64,000 bases of DNA from an uncultured delta proteobacterium (GTDB lineage Bacteria > Desulfobacterota > Zymogenia > Zymogenales > Zymogenaceae). The notes under the pieces were generated by a model, which ran no database searches, was not told the DNA's origin, and saw only the letters and a program-made list of their open reading frames with translations. Below, one piece after another: positions 52,887-63,186 of the stretch (the first letter of the stretch is position 1; every line of letters starts with the position of its first letter). The DNA is taken from NCBI GenBank assembly GCA_963792965.1, contig CAWBYW010000007.1:384001-448000 (forward strand). Direction: 5' to 3'. The position numbers and the translations under genes are program-made.

Positions 52887-53777
52887 TCAATGCCAATGAG
52901 AGATAATGCCTTCCCAATTCATAAGAGGTTCTGGAATTCTTAAACAGTCTGAAAAAATCATTACCTCTTGACCCATACGGCTTTCCCGAGCGCTATACCC
53001 AAGCTTATAGTTGAAGCCGTTCCGACCCTCATAAAGCTTTCGCACGTAATCAAAATAGTCATAGGTGACTACCCATGGGTTTAGTATCTTCTCTTGAACG
53101 ATACGAGCTATAGCTATGTGATCTGATAACGTGTAGAAGTTTTCGTACAGATGTTGCCCCTTTTCGTAATACGGAGGATCAAGGTACACGAATGTCTTCT
53201 CCGGCAACTTAGGAAGGACTCTATCTAGAAATTCCTCAGCATCATAATTAAAAACAGTTATTTTGTGTCTGTGATCGGCAATATTCCGAATTCTTCGGAG
53301 TAGTTCTTCCTTATTAAAACGTGCGTCAATCTTCCAATGACCTGATTGCGATCGCCCGCCAATCATTCCAGCGTTCAACACCCCAGAATGGTTCGTTCTA
53401 TTAAGAAAAAATAGCGCAAACCCGACTTCCTCGATGGCATAGTCCTTAGGATTTAAAAGAATTGACTTCTTGTCATCCCACACCACCGGTGTAACTGGTG
53501 TATCGCTAAGTTTTCTACAGAACTCATCGGGTTTTTCGAGGATTGCACGCCAGAAGCAGTATAATGGGTAACTGATATCATTAAGATATATATGCTTCAC
53601 ATATTCGGTGAGCAAGAGTGCCAAAGCTACGCCTGCACCGCCAGCGAAAGGCTCGGCATAATGAGAATCGCAGAGCCTATTCTCACGCAATAATCCTCTG
53701 AAGATCCAGTTAAGTTTGCCCTTGCCGCCTGGGTAACGCAACGGGGAGTAGTAGTAAGACGTGGTATCTGCGCTCAC
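52887..53777 (-). CDS. D12-class N6-adenine DNA methyltransferase
   Basis: SPLRYPGGK, EPFAGGA, LNDI, FFLNRT, YLDPPYY; AT-rich DNA. Confidence 0.93.
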   Translation of the reverse strand: MSADTTSYYYSPLRYPGGKGKLNWIFRGLLRENRLCDSHYAEPFAGGAGVALALLLTEYVKHIYLNDISYPLYCFWRAILEKPDEFCRKLSDTPVTPVVWDDKKSILLNPKDYAIEEVGFALFFLNRTNHSGVLNAGMIGGRSQSGHWKIDARFNKEELLRRIRNIADHRHKITVFNYDAEEFLDRVLPKLPEKTFVYLDPPYYEKGQHLYENFYTLSDHIAIARIVQEKILNPWVVTYDYFDYVRKLYEGRNGFNYKLGYSARESRMGQEVMIFSDCLRIPEPLMNWEGIISHWH

Positions 53778-55201
53778 ATTGACCTCCAGATACGATCAAG
53801 GAATGTCGAATATGTATCCCAAATACTAATTATATCATTCGGGATAAGAGTCTGGTTCAAGTTATGAACCATATCGTGAATACTGTCTGGGTGCGATAGC
53901 TTATCTTGGCCACCTAACACTTTCTTCAAGGTTGCTATCTCTCGACTACCCAGTATTGCTTTTACCCCCGCGTCCTTAATAACAGCGTCGATCCTTTCTC
54001 TAAGGCTAACTCTGCTCCAGCCTTTAGGGCCTTGATATGTAAGCCCTTTATCTCGGATGTATGTATCAACACTGACCTCTATAAATGTGCGAACCAGAAG
54101 AATTGCTGCATTGGGATATAGCGGCTTACCCTTCAACTCGCGGACAGGAAGTCTTCTTAATTCCTCGAATACTTGGCGAGCCCGGATGTGTTTCTTACCG
54201 TCAATGGGAATAATAAATCCAGGCATAACAACTGTCGTGCGATTCCTAGGGTCCATGTATCTGGACTTAGCACCAACTACACTCGTCGGTCGTTGTGATG
54301 TAGGAGATTGTGTAGTCGAAGCGGCTGATACTTTCTTAGGCTCTTGAAGAGTTTTTGAATGATCAGGAACTTCATCCGTCCCGAATTCATCAAAATAATC
54401 CCTTCTTTTCTCTTTGTTGATAACATGGCCCACTTTTCGGTGTCCTGTACCGAAATCTTCGATGATTTTCGTTAGTGACTTAGCAGCCTCCTCTCGATCT
54501 ATCAGAAACTCAATGTCTCCTTCTTCGTCTTTACCCAACCCAAGGAATTCCAAGGAGTCTCTGTCAGTTAGTAGTCTTTGCAGAGTCGTAATCGGGAACG
54601 TGTCACTGCCCGCAATCTGACGTGTTTGCTCATTAAAGAGAGGTGAGTCCTGAACAAAACTGAGTATATCAAGAGCGTTCTTGTTCCTCGACTTACTACC
54701 GGCGTGTCGCTGTTCGTGCCTAGCCTTCTGAATTGCGTCCCAAGAAACGACTCCAGCACCACCGGCCTCGTTAAGATGTTTCAGCTCTATAAAATGATCT
54801 GCATCCTCCCTTTTATTATAGAGGACGCATTGAACTGATTTCAAAGGGATATACCCTTTAGGGATAGCTTCTCTAAATCTCTCTCTCCACTTTCTTGTCG
54901 GAGCTATATCTGGATTGTAAAGTAACTTTAGTGCAGCGACACGTCGGTTACCTTCGATTGTGATATAAGTATCGGGTCGACTATCATTTCTTACGATCGT
55001 TATCCTTTCGGCAGGGTCTAATCCAAATTCCGAAATATCTTTAGATAGCTTTAGGAGTTTCCCTCCCATCTTCCCGTGACCACTTGTCAGCCACTCCATT
55101 ATTTCAGCTTGCGACTCAATATAGGAATGCCGAGGATTTTCTGAATCGAGCTCCAACATCGCTATTGGGATCTCGACGTCCGTATATAATTTTATTGCCA
55201 T
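53774..55201 (-). CDS. ParB/Srx-like N-terminal domain protein with possible HEPN-like C-terminus
   Basis: LDSENPRH and IEGNRRVAALKLL motifs; C-terminal NAAILLVRTFIEVS...IHDMVHN; GTGA overlap with the methylase. Confidence 0.7.
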   Translation of the reverse strand: MAIKLYTDVEIPIAMLELDSENPRHSYIESQAEIMEWLTSGHGKMGGKLLKLSKDISEFGLDPAERITIVRNDSRPDTYITIEGNRRVAALKLLYNPDIAPTRKWRERFREAIPKGYIPLKSVQCVLYNKREDADHFIELKHLNEAGGAGVVSWDAIQKARHEQRHAGSKSRNKNALDILSFVQDSPLFNEQTRQIAGSDTFPITTLQRLLTDRDSLEFLGLGKDEEGDIEFLIDREEAAKSLTKIIEDFGTGHRKVGHVINKEKRRDYFDEFGTDEVPDHSKTLQEPKKVSAASTTQSPTSQRPTSVVGAKSRYMDPRNRTTVVMPGFIIPIDGKKHIRARQVFEELRRLPVRELKGKPLYPNAAILLVRTFIEVSVDTYIRDKGLTYQGPKGWSRVSLRERIDAVIKDAGVKAILGSREIATLKKVLGGQDKLSHPDSIHDMVHNLNQTLIPNDIISIWDTYSTFLDRIWRSM

Positions 55202-55302
55202 CCCTATTTCCTCAATAAAATATATTGCGTCCTCTATTGTCCGATATTTCTTCTAGACGCCAACTTGTTAATTACTAATTATACTATATAAGATGTAAAA
55301 TC

Positions 55303-55366
55303 AATAGAAAACCCGCCTTTCTGCGGTCTTTTTTGTGCGCGGTTTAGGTGAAACGGGGCTACATGC
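55303..55366. repeat. Direct repeat B, decayed copy (terminator plus last codons of the lytic transglycosylase gene)
   Basis: AATAGAAAACCCGCCTTTCTGCGGTCTTTTTTGTGCGCGG...GAAACGGGGCTACATGC, roughly 85% like 56000-56063. Confidence 0.85.
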
Positions 55367-55549
55367 TCCTATTTAATATTTTGGGTTAATATCGAAGGAA
55401 ATCCGTACGTAACTGTTAGATACTATAGAGGAAAGGAGCACAGAGTCACCTCATCTGCTCGCATGAAGAATCACGATAGACATTAATCTGATAACGTGAT
55501 ATTTTATAGTAAAGAACGAGGAGAGACTGGTCCACCGTTGGAGGCAGGT

Positions 55550-55921
55550 ATGGCTGAAAAGGTAAGCAGGCGTGAGGCGATGAAACGCATTGCCAAGGGG
55601 ATCGTAGCGCTTGGCGCTATCGGTGTCGTGGGCATCGCCGAGAAGGCTCATGGCGAGTCATACAACAACTATTACAACTACTACAACACCCACCTCTTTT
55701 ACGCCAACTCAAATTTCTACTCCAACTATCAGGATTACGGCAACCACAATAGCGAGGGTGGGTACCCTAACTATGTAAATAAGTATGATAACTACGTGAA
55801 CGGCTATTCTGATGTGTATAGCAACTATGCCAATCTCTATGATGACTACTACTGGCATAACAGGCAATACAATGACGGCGGCTACTACCGCTACCATCGT
55901 TACAATTACAATGACTTCTAA
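55550..55921 (+). CDS. Twin-arginine signal peptide fused to a Tyr/Asn-rich Y-x-N/D repeat peptide
   Basis: GGAGG RBS; SRREAMK motif, hydrophobic core, AHG cleavage site; ~88 aa mature region about half Y+N. Confidence 0.8.
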   Translation: MAEKVSRREAMKRIAKGIVALGAIGVVGIAEKAHGESYNNYYNYYNTHLFYANSNFYSNYQDYGNHNSEGGYPNYVNKYDNYVNGYSDVYSNYANLYDDYYWHNRQYNDGGYYRYHRYNYNDF

Positions 55922-55999
55922 AAGAGAAACGATGACGACACGAAAGGGATAGAGCCAAAAGACGTTGCTCATCTCCGAGACTCACTCATGATCTCACAT

Positions 56000-56063
56000 A
56001 ATAAAAAACCCGCCTTTCGGCGGGTTTTTTGTGCACGGTATGGACGAAACGGGGGCTACATGC
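56000..56063. repeat. Direct repeat B, intact copy
   Basis: AATAAAAAACCCGCCTTTCGGCGGGTTTTTTGTGCACGG...GAAACGGGGGCTACATGC, includes the stop codon at 56056. Confidence 0.85.
56003..56030. terminator. Bidirectional intrinsic terminator
   Basis: AAAAAACCCGCC-TTTC-GGCGGGTTTTTT. Confidence 0.85.
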
Positions 56064-56772
56064 CCTGGGTCTTGATCCTCTCGTAATTACCCATGACTCT
56101 ATTCACATAATCGTCCGGCAGCTTGTAGCCGAGCTTTTGCATCTGATCCACGAACCCCGGCCCGCAGTTGTAGGCAACCAGCGCCAGCCGCAGGTCCTTG
56201 TACCTCAGCAGCATCTCAAAGAGATAGTACATCCCCATCCTGACGTTCACGTCGGGGCTGTTGAGCGTATCGTTACCCTGCCAGGGCAGGTTCACCTCGT
56301 AGGCGATTTCCCGGCCCGTCGTCGGCATCAGCTGCATCAGGCCCCGGGCGCCCACGTTGGACACCGCGTCATGCTTAAAGGCGCTCTCCGTCTGGATGAT
56401 CGCCAGGATGAACGCGGGGTCGTACCCGTATTTCATCGACTCAAAATAGATCAGTGATGCAAGCTCCCGCTCCTCCGTCTGGGTCAGGCCCGTGTTGTAG
56501 GAGTGGATATAGTCGTAGATCGAAAAACCACCCATCCCAGCCGTCGATCCGTCTTTCCCAAGGAAACCGCTCGACACGAGCTTCTCCATCGGAACCGGCG
56601 CGCTCTTCGTAGTGACAAGCGCTCCCGGCACCGTGGTCGAAACGACGGTGAGGGCTACCAGGATCACTAAGACAGCCTGGGCTATCCTTTTTTCTCTTTC
56701 CTTTTTCAGATACCGTACACACTTCTTTAAAAAATTCAACTTTCTTTTCGACTTCAAACAGCACCTCTTCAA
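56056..56772 (-). CDS. Lytic transglycosylase (SLT domain; start uncertain)
   Basis: AIIQTESAF, GARGLMQLMPTT, ALVAYNCGP motifs; N-terminal TM. Confidence 0.92.
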   Translation of the reverse strand: MKRCCLKSKRKLNFLKKCVRYLKKEREKRIAQAVLVILVALTVVSTTVPGALVTTKSAPVPMEKLVSSGFLGKDGSTAGMGGFSIYDYIHSYNTGLTQTEERELASLIYFESMKYGYDPAFILAIIQTESAFKHDAVSNVGARGLMQLMPTTGREIAYEVNLPWQGNDTLNSPDVNVRMGMYYLFEMLLRYKDLRLALVAYNCGPGFVDQMQKLGYKLPDDYVNRVMGNYERIKTQGM

Positions 56773-57118
56773 AACCCTATAAAGAAAATCCCGTGGGGAC
56801 CATAGCCACCGGTCCTCCGGGCGTCAGATGGAAAAAGACATTAATTACCTATAATGTTATCTCAATTATACATTACTATTATTATATACGCAATAGTTAT
56901 ATCACATTTTATACATAATATATTTCACTGCGCCTCTTGACACAAATTTTCGTTAATGTAACCACTGATCGCCTCGATGTCAAGGGCAAAACCATATAAT
57001 TATATTTCAATAATATATCATTATCACTATATGAATCATAATTGCCATTAACTATGCAATAATTTCTCCTCACCGTGTCCCTTTTGGTTTCTTTGCCTTT
57101 CAAACACGGATAGCGACT

Positions 57119-57154
57119 GAGATTGCCGCGTCGCGCTTTGCTCCTCGCAATGAC
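57119..57154. repeat. Short interspersed palindromic element
   Basis: GAGATTGCCGCGTCG...CTCCTCGCAATGAC resembles a widespread REP-like intergenic repeat; single copy in this window. Confidence 0.45.
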
Positions 57155-57251
57155 GGGACGGCGTTACCGCCGATGCCTCCCGGCCGCTACGTCATAATCA
57201 CGCGGCGCCACGAATCATCTATCTTCCCACCACCTCACTCCGTCAATAGCG

Positions 57252-57277
57252 CGGGCACGACGTGCCGTGCCCCTGCG
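57252..57277. repeat. REP-like palindrome related to 49898-50081
   Basis: CGGGCACGACGTGCCGTGCCCCTGC, reverse complement of a GTAGGGGCACGGC-type repeat with one change. Confidence 0.45.
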
Positions 57278-57373
57278 GCTCCCGTCCAATTAATCACCGC
57301 ATTACTTCGCCCTGCCCGGCAAAACCACTACAAAACCGTTGACCGAAAGAATACCTTCTGCTACAATTTTCTC

Positions 57374-58268
57374 ATGGAACAGCCACTCACCCACATCGAC
57401 ATCTCGGGCAAAAAGCCCGACTACTCCGGCAAGGTCAGGGAGATCTTCGACCTCGGCGACCGGCTCATCATCGTGGCGACCGACCGCCTCTCGGCCTTTG
57501 ACGTCGTCTTTTCCCAGGGCATCCCCGAGAAGGGGAAGATCCTCACCGAGATCTCGAACATCTGGTTTTCGCTCCTGACGTTTGTCGAAAACCATATCAT
57601 AGAGACCGACGTCGACAAATTCCCCGCCCCCTTCACCGGGCAGGGACGAGCTCCGCGATCGCTCGGTGCTGGTCACCAAGGCGCGGCGCATCGACGTGGA
57701 GTGCATCGTGCGCGGGTATCTGGCCGGCTCCGGCTTCAAGGACTATCAGAAGACGGGCATGGTCTCGGGCCATAAGCTGCCCGCGGGCCTGAAGCTTGCC
57801 CAGCGCCTCCCCGAGCCGATCTTCACTCCCTCCACCAAGGCAGACGCCGGCCACGACGAAAACATCACGACGGCTCAGGTCAAAGACCTCATCGGGGCAG
57901 ATCTCTCCTCGCGCATCGAGGAGCTCTCCCTTTCCATCTACCGGTTTGCCCACGACAAGCTCTTCAGAAAGGGCGTCATCCTTGCCGACACGAAGTTCGA
58001 GTTCGGCATGAGCGACGGCACGGTCCTCCTCATCGACGAGGCCCTCACCCCCGATTCATCGCGCTTCTGGCCCACCGACTCCTACCGCGTCGGGGAATCG
58101 CCGGCAAGCTACGACAAGCAGTTCGTCCGGGATTTTCTCGAATCGATCGACTGGGACAAGAACCCGCCCGCGCCCCAACTCCCCAACGCGATCGTGGCCG
58201 GGACGAGGGAAAAGTACCTCGAAATCCTCTCGATCATCAGGAAGATAAAGGAGGGGGACGGCGCATAG
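57374..58268 (+). CDS. purC: SAICAR synthase (apparent frameshift near 57639)
   Basis: [62 protein letters not shown]. Confidence 0.95.
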
Positions 58269-58331
58269 ACCGTCCCCTTATAGAGGGTGACCGCAGCCGG
58301 TCACGTGTGGACAAAAAGTCGATCGAGTCGA

Positions 58332-58826
58332 TCAATGCCGGTCGTGTTTCTTCCCGGCGTCCGCCGCATCTCCCTTCCCCGAACGTGCGCCCCCGCCCGT
58401 GAACAGGAATAGATAGCCCTCAAAGAGAAAAAAGGCCACGGTCATGATGATCATCTGGCTTGCCGTCACCGACAGCGCTAAGATCAGGAACCCGGCCTTT
58501 TCGAGTATCGAGATCATCAACCCCACCGACACCCCCGTCACCACGGCGTAGCACCAGCCGGAGAGCAAGAGGTACCGCCTCCCAAAGAAATAGAGGGGCA
58601 GCGCCCCCACGGTGCTCATGATCGGCATGAAGACGAGGTCCCAGATGCCGGCATAGGGCGACAGGAGGTTTGCCACGAAGCAGCCGATGGGGACAAAGAA
58701 GATCAGATGGGGGCGCGCGGCCACCAGTATCACGAGCGCCTCGCTCACGCGAAACTGGATCGGCCCGTAGGCGATCGGGGCCACAAGGTACGTGAGGGCC
58801 ACGTAGAGCGCCGAGATCACCGCCAC
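58332..58826 (-). CDS. QueT transporter family protein (true start probably slightly upstream)
   Basis: ALYVALT, YGPIQFRVSEAL, GCFVANLLSP motifs. Confidence 0.85.
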   Translation of the reverse strand: MAVISALYVALTYLVAPIAYGPIQFRVSEALVILVAARPHLIFFVPIGCFVANLLSPYAGIWDLVFMPIMSTVGALPLYFFGRRYLLLSGWCYAVVTGVSVGLMISILEKAGFLILALSVTASQMIIMTVAFFLFEGYLFLFTGGGARSGKGDAADAGKKHDRH

Positions 58827-59094
58827 GTCGGTGATCCTCCTGACCCCCGACGGGATGCGGGTATGTGCAGTATCTATGGTAATGGTTAGTTAGTCCGTTG
58901 TTGTAATATGAAGCGTCGACAGCCCCCGCCGCCTAATGACGCGGCGCCGGCCGATCGAATCCCTCTCTTGATATCGCCGGGGGAGTGGCTTTCGATTATT
59001 CTCGGACGTTGGTGTCTCTTGGCTCCCGGGAAAATGAACGATTCCCCGGTTCTGTAGCCGGGACCCACGCATGCATCGCGCACGCGGGCACTGA

Positions 59095-60099
59095 TTACGA
59101 GACGGCCGGCTTTATGTACGACTCACCTCCGATGACCTCCATCTCGCCGCAGATCGTCCGCTCCACAAGGTCGCGCATGATCTCGCCGATATTGTCGCGG
59201 GTGATCCAGTTCTTGTGCAGGTAGTTTGCGCCTGCGTCGAGTATCTCTTTCATCTCGCGCTGGAGCGACGTGACGGCGATCGTCAGGATCGGGGGGTTCT
59301 GGCCGCGGGCGGCCCTGATGACCTCCATGCCGCCGGTCCCCTCCATGACGATATCGGTGAAGATGAGGTCGGGCCGAACTTTCATCTCGGGAGAGTTGAT
59401 CAGCCTCACCGCCTCCGCCCCGTTCTTCAACGTCTTTATGATCAGCACGTCTTTATAGAGGTTATCGAGGATATCCTTGATGATCTTGGTCATAAACTCG
59501 CTGTCGTCGATGACGAGGGTCTTGATCTTGACGAAGGTGATGGCGCGCTTGATCATGAGGGACGACAGCGCCGTGTAAGCCTCCCAGTCCGTCATGGAGG
59601 TCGTGTTCACGAGGCTGTTGACGAAGATCCCCTCGGCGGGTATGGAGCTGTATAGTTCCTTTTCCTTATCGTTCAGGTCGAAGCTCCCCTCGGCCCTCGT
59701 GATCTTATAGATCGGGAGGATCCTCTTCTTTATCTTGGCCTTTTCGTCCTTCTGCCTCAGCCCTTCCAGGAGGAGATGGGAGACCTCGAGGTCTATGTTG
59801 ATCCTCTCCGGATCGATCTCGGTCATGTCGTAGGCCTGGAAGCGGGCGTCCTCCCACTCGATCATGCGGAAGAACGCCTTCTTGCCGGTCAGCTCATCGC
59901 CCACGAAGGCGCCCACGATCCGGGAGTTTTCAAAATAGAGCCTCCCCTCGTTGCCCTCGATGGAGTAAAGCGTGATCAGCATCCGCTTGTTTGCGGATAT
60001 CCCCTGTATCAGGCTGACCAGAGAGAGGGCGGTAAAATTTCCCTCTATCTGGGGGACTTTTCCCTCTAAGTCATTCATCAATGGCCTCGAACTTGTCAT
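59095..60099 (-). CDS. DUF4388 plus receiver domain protein (PatA-like)
   Basis: IEGNFTALSLVSLIQ, GRLYFENSRIVGA, LLLEGLRQKDE; VIDDS and TDIVM receiver motifs. Confidence 0.85.
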   Translation of the reverse strand: MTSSRPLMNDLEGKVPQIEGNFTALSLVSLIQGISANKRMLITLYSIEGNEGRLYFENSRIVGAFVGDELTGKKAFFRMIEWEDARFQAYDMTEIDPERINIDLEVSHLLLEGLRQKDEKAKIKKRILPIYKITRAEGSFDLNDKEKELYSSIPAEGIFVNSLVNTTSMTDWEAYTALSSLMIKRAITFVKIKTLVIDDSEFMTKIIKDILDNLYKDVLIIKTLKNGAEAVRLINSPEMKVRPDLIFTDIVMEGTGGMEVIRAARGQNPPILTIAVTSLQREMKEILDAGANYLHKNWITRDNIGEIMRDLVERTICGEMEVIGGESYIKPAVS

Positions 60100-60103
60100 A
60101 TGG

Positions 60104-61375
60104 TTAATACTGGCTATTTTCTTTGCTGGGTGCCGTCGGTTTCGGAGAAAGGCCTTTCTTTTTCATCATCTCCTTGACCATGTCGCTGTTTGACTTGTAT
60201 TCCGACTTCGGATTTATCTCGAAGGCCTTGTCGAACTCGGCAAGCGCCTCGTTGAGCTTATCCATCTTGACGTAGAGCGCGCCAAGATTGTTGTGGGCCT
60301 TGTCATAATTAGGATCGATATTTATCGAGTAGAGATACTCCTTTTCGCCTTCCTTGAGCATCCCCTTGGCGACGTAAACGATGGCAAGGTTATAGTGATA
60401 GCGCGGGTTTTCAGGCGAAAGGTCGATGGCCTTCTCATAGTAGGATCGCGCCAGATCGTACTGCTTGATCTGGGAATAGACTTTGCCGAGGTTATAGTAG
60501 CCGTCGGAGAACTTCGGGTCGATGCCGACGGCGATCTTGAACTCTTCGGCGGCGGCCATGTAGTCGCCCGACTCAAGGAGTCTGCGCGCCCTTGAGGTTG
60601 TGGTCGTCGGCCGAGCCTTTCACGGTGCTCTGAAAACGCGCGAGGTTCGCCTCGAGGATCGGGTTATTCGGCGACTTGAGAAGCGCCCTGTTTTCGGTCT
60701 CGATAGCCAGATCGTACTTCCCCGCAAAGAAATACGCCTGTCCGAGGGTATCCAGCGCGACCACCGAATCCGGGTCTTTGTCGACGGCTTTCTTGGCGTA
60801 TTCGACCGCCTTCTCGCCGTCTTGATATGAAGGATTTTTCGCGTTGACGTAAAGGGCGCTCAGGCGGATATACGGATCGGGTGATCGTGAGCTCTTCTTG
60901 GCGGCCTTGAGATACTCCTCGACCGCCTTGGCGTACTCCATATTGTTGAAATCGTACAGGCCCTGATAGAGAAACAGCTTCGGGTTATCCGAATCGATTT
61001 TCTCGGCCTGATTGAGCATCATGAGCCCTTCCTGATCCAAGCCTTTCTCGATATATGCTCGCGCGATTCCAGGATAATGTCCTCATTTTTCGGGTCGAGG
61101 TCGAGCGCCGTCTTATATTGTTTGATCGCCTCATCGAATCTCCCAGTCTCCGCTAGGCATTCGCCGATGCCCAGATAGGCGGCAGATAGAGAGGGTTGTG
61201 CCTTGACCGCGTCATTAAACTGCTTGATCGCCTCGTCATACATCATCAGCCGGTAGTACTTCTCTCCCGCGGTGAGGGACCTGAAGGCGGCCGGAGAAAT
61301 GGTCGGTCCGCAGGAGGCGATAACAACGATTGCGCAGGCGATAGCGCAGATAATGAGGGCCGGTTTTATCTTCAT
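60104..61375 (-). CDS. Tetratricopeptide repeat lipoprotein (apparent frameshifts near 61065 and 60580)
   Basis: IASC lipobox; TPR repeats continue across ORFs 61019-61393, 60573-61040 and 60104-60559. Confidence 0.75.
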
Positions 61376-61401
61376 GGTATCCGAAAGAAACATGTGGTGA
61401 A

Positions 61402-61496
61402 TGGCGGAGAGAGAGGGATTCGAACCCTCGGTAGGAGTTAACCCCCTACACTCGCTTAGCAGGCGAGCGCCTTCAGCCGTGCTCGGCCATCTCTCC
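61402..61496 (-). tRNA. tRNA-Ser(GCT)
   Basis: GGAGAGATGGCCGAG...CTCGC-CTGCTAA-GCGAG, long variable arm, GGTTCGAATCC, CCA. Confidence 0.94.
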
Positions 61497-61548
61497 TTGG
61501 TAAATCTTCCGCTAACTCTACGGGGCCTGTTGCCCCTTTATCTCTATA

Positions 61549-61634
61549 TGGCGGAGGGAGTAGGATTCGAACCCACGGAACTTTCGTTCAGCGGTTTTCA
61601 AGACCGCCGCCTTAAGCCACTCGGCCATCCCTCC
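61549..61634 (-). tRNA. tRNA-Ser(TGA)
   Basis: GGAGGGATGGCCGAGTGG...GCGGT-CTTGAAA-ACCGC, variable arm, GGTTCGAATCC, CCA. Confidence 0.94.
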
Positions 61635-61685
61635 ATCGCATACGATGCCCTGACAAGGAAACTCTATCCCCCTCCTCGCCGTCTC

Positions 61686-62960
<1,275 letters not shown>

Positions 62961-63186
62961 GGTAAGAATGCACCCAAAAATATTAAACTTGTGTATCGTA
63001 GCATTACGGGGTCAGATAGTCAATATTTTTTGTGAAATCAAGTCGGCGAGCCGCTTTCGAGGATTCTTTCTCTCACGGGCATTGGGTGAACCCTCCCCGG
63101 GCTTTTTACTCGGAGCGCGCGATTATCAGGAGCCGACAAACGTTGCCGGATGAAACCACGTCACGAATGGGAGGACAGACCAGCGC

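Noticed and set aside
56790-56822. Hairpin upstream of the lytic transglycosylase as a cyclic dinucleotide riboswitch
   Set aside because: A stem-loop is present but I cannot match c-di-AMP or c-di-GMP consensus motifs; an Rfam search would be needed.
56840-57070. Very AT-rich stretch as a replication origin
   Set aside because: No clustered DnaA boxes seen; it fits a divergent promoter region between the transglycosylase and purC.
58275-58306. preQ1 riboswitch-like CACCCTCTATAA on the minus strand near the QueT gene
   Set aside because: It lies downstream of the gene, lacks the matching 5' AGAGG stem and A-rich tail, and nothing similar is upstream.
63040-63186. Possible ncRNA or T-box upstream of serS
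   Set aside because: No T-box, SRP, 6S or RNase P signature recognised.
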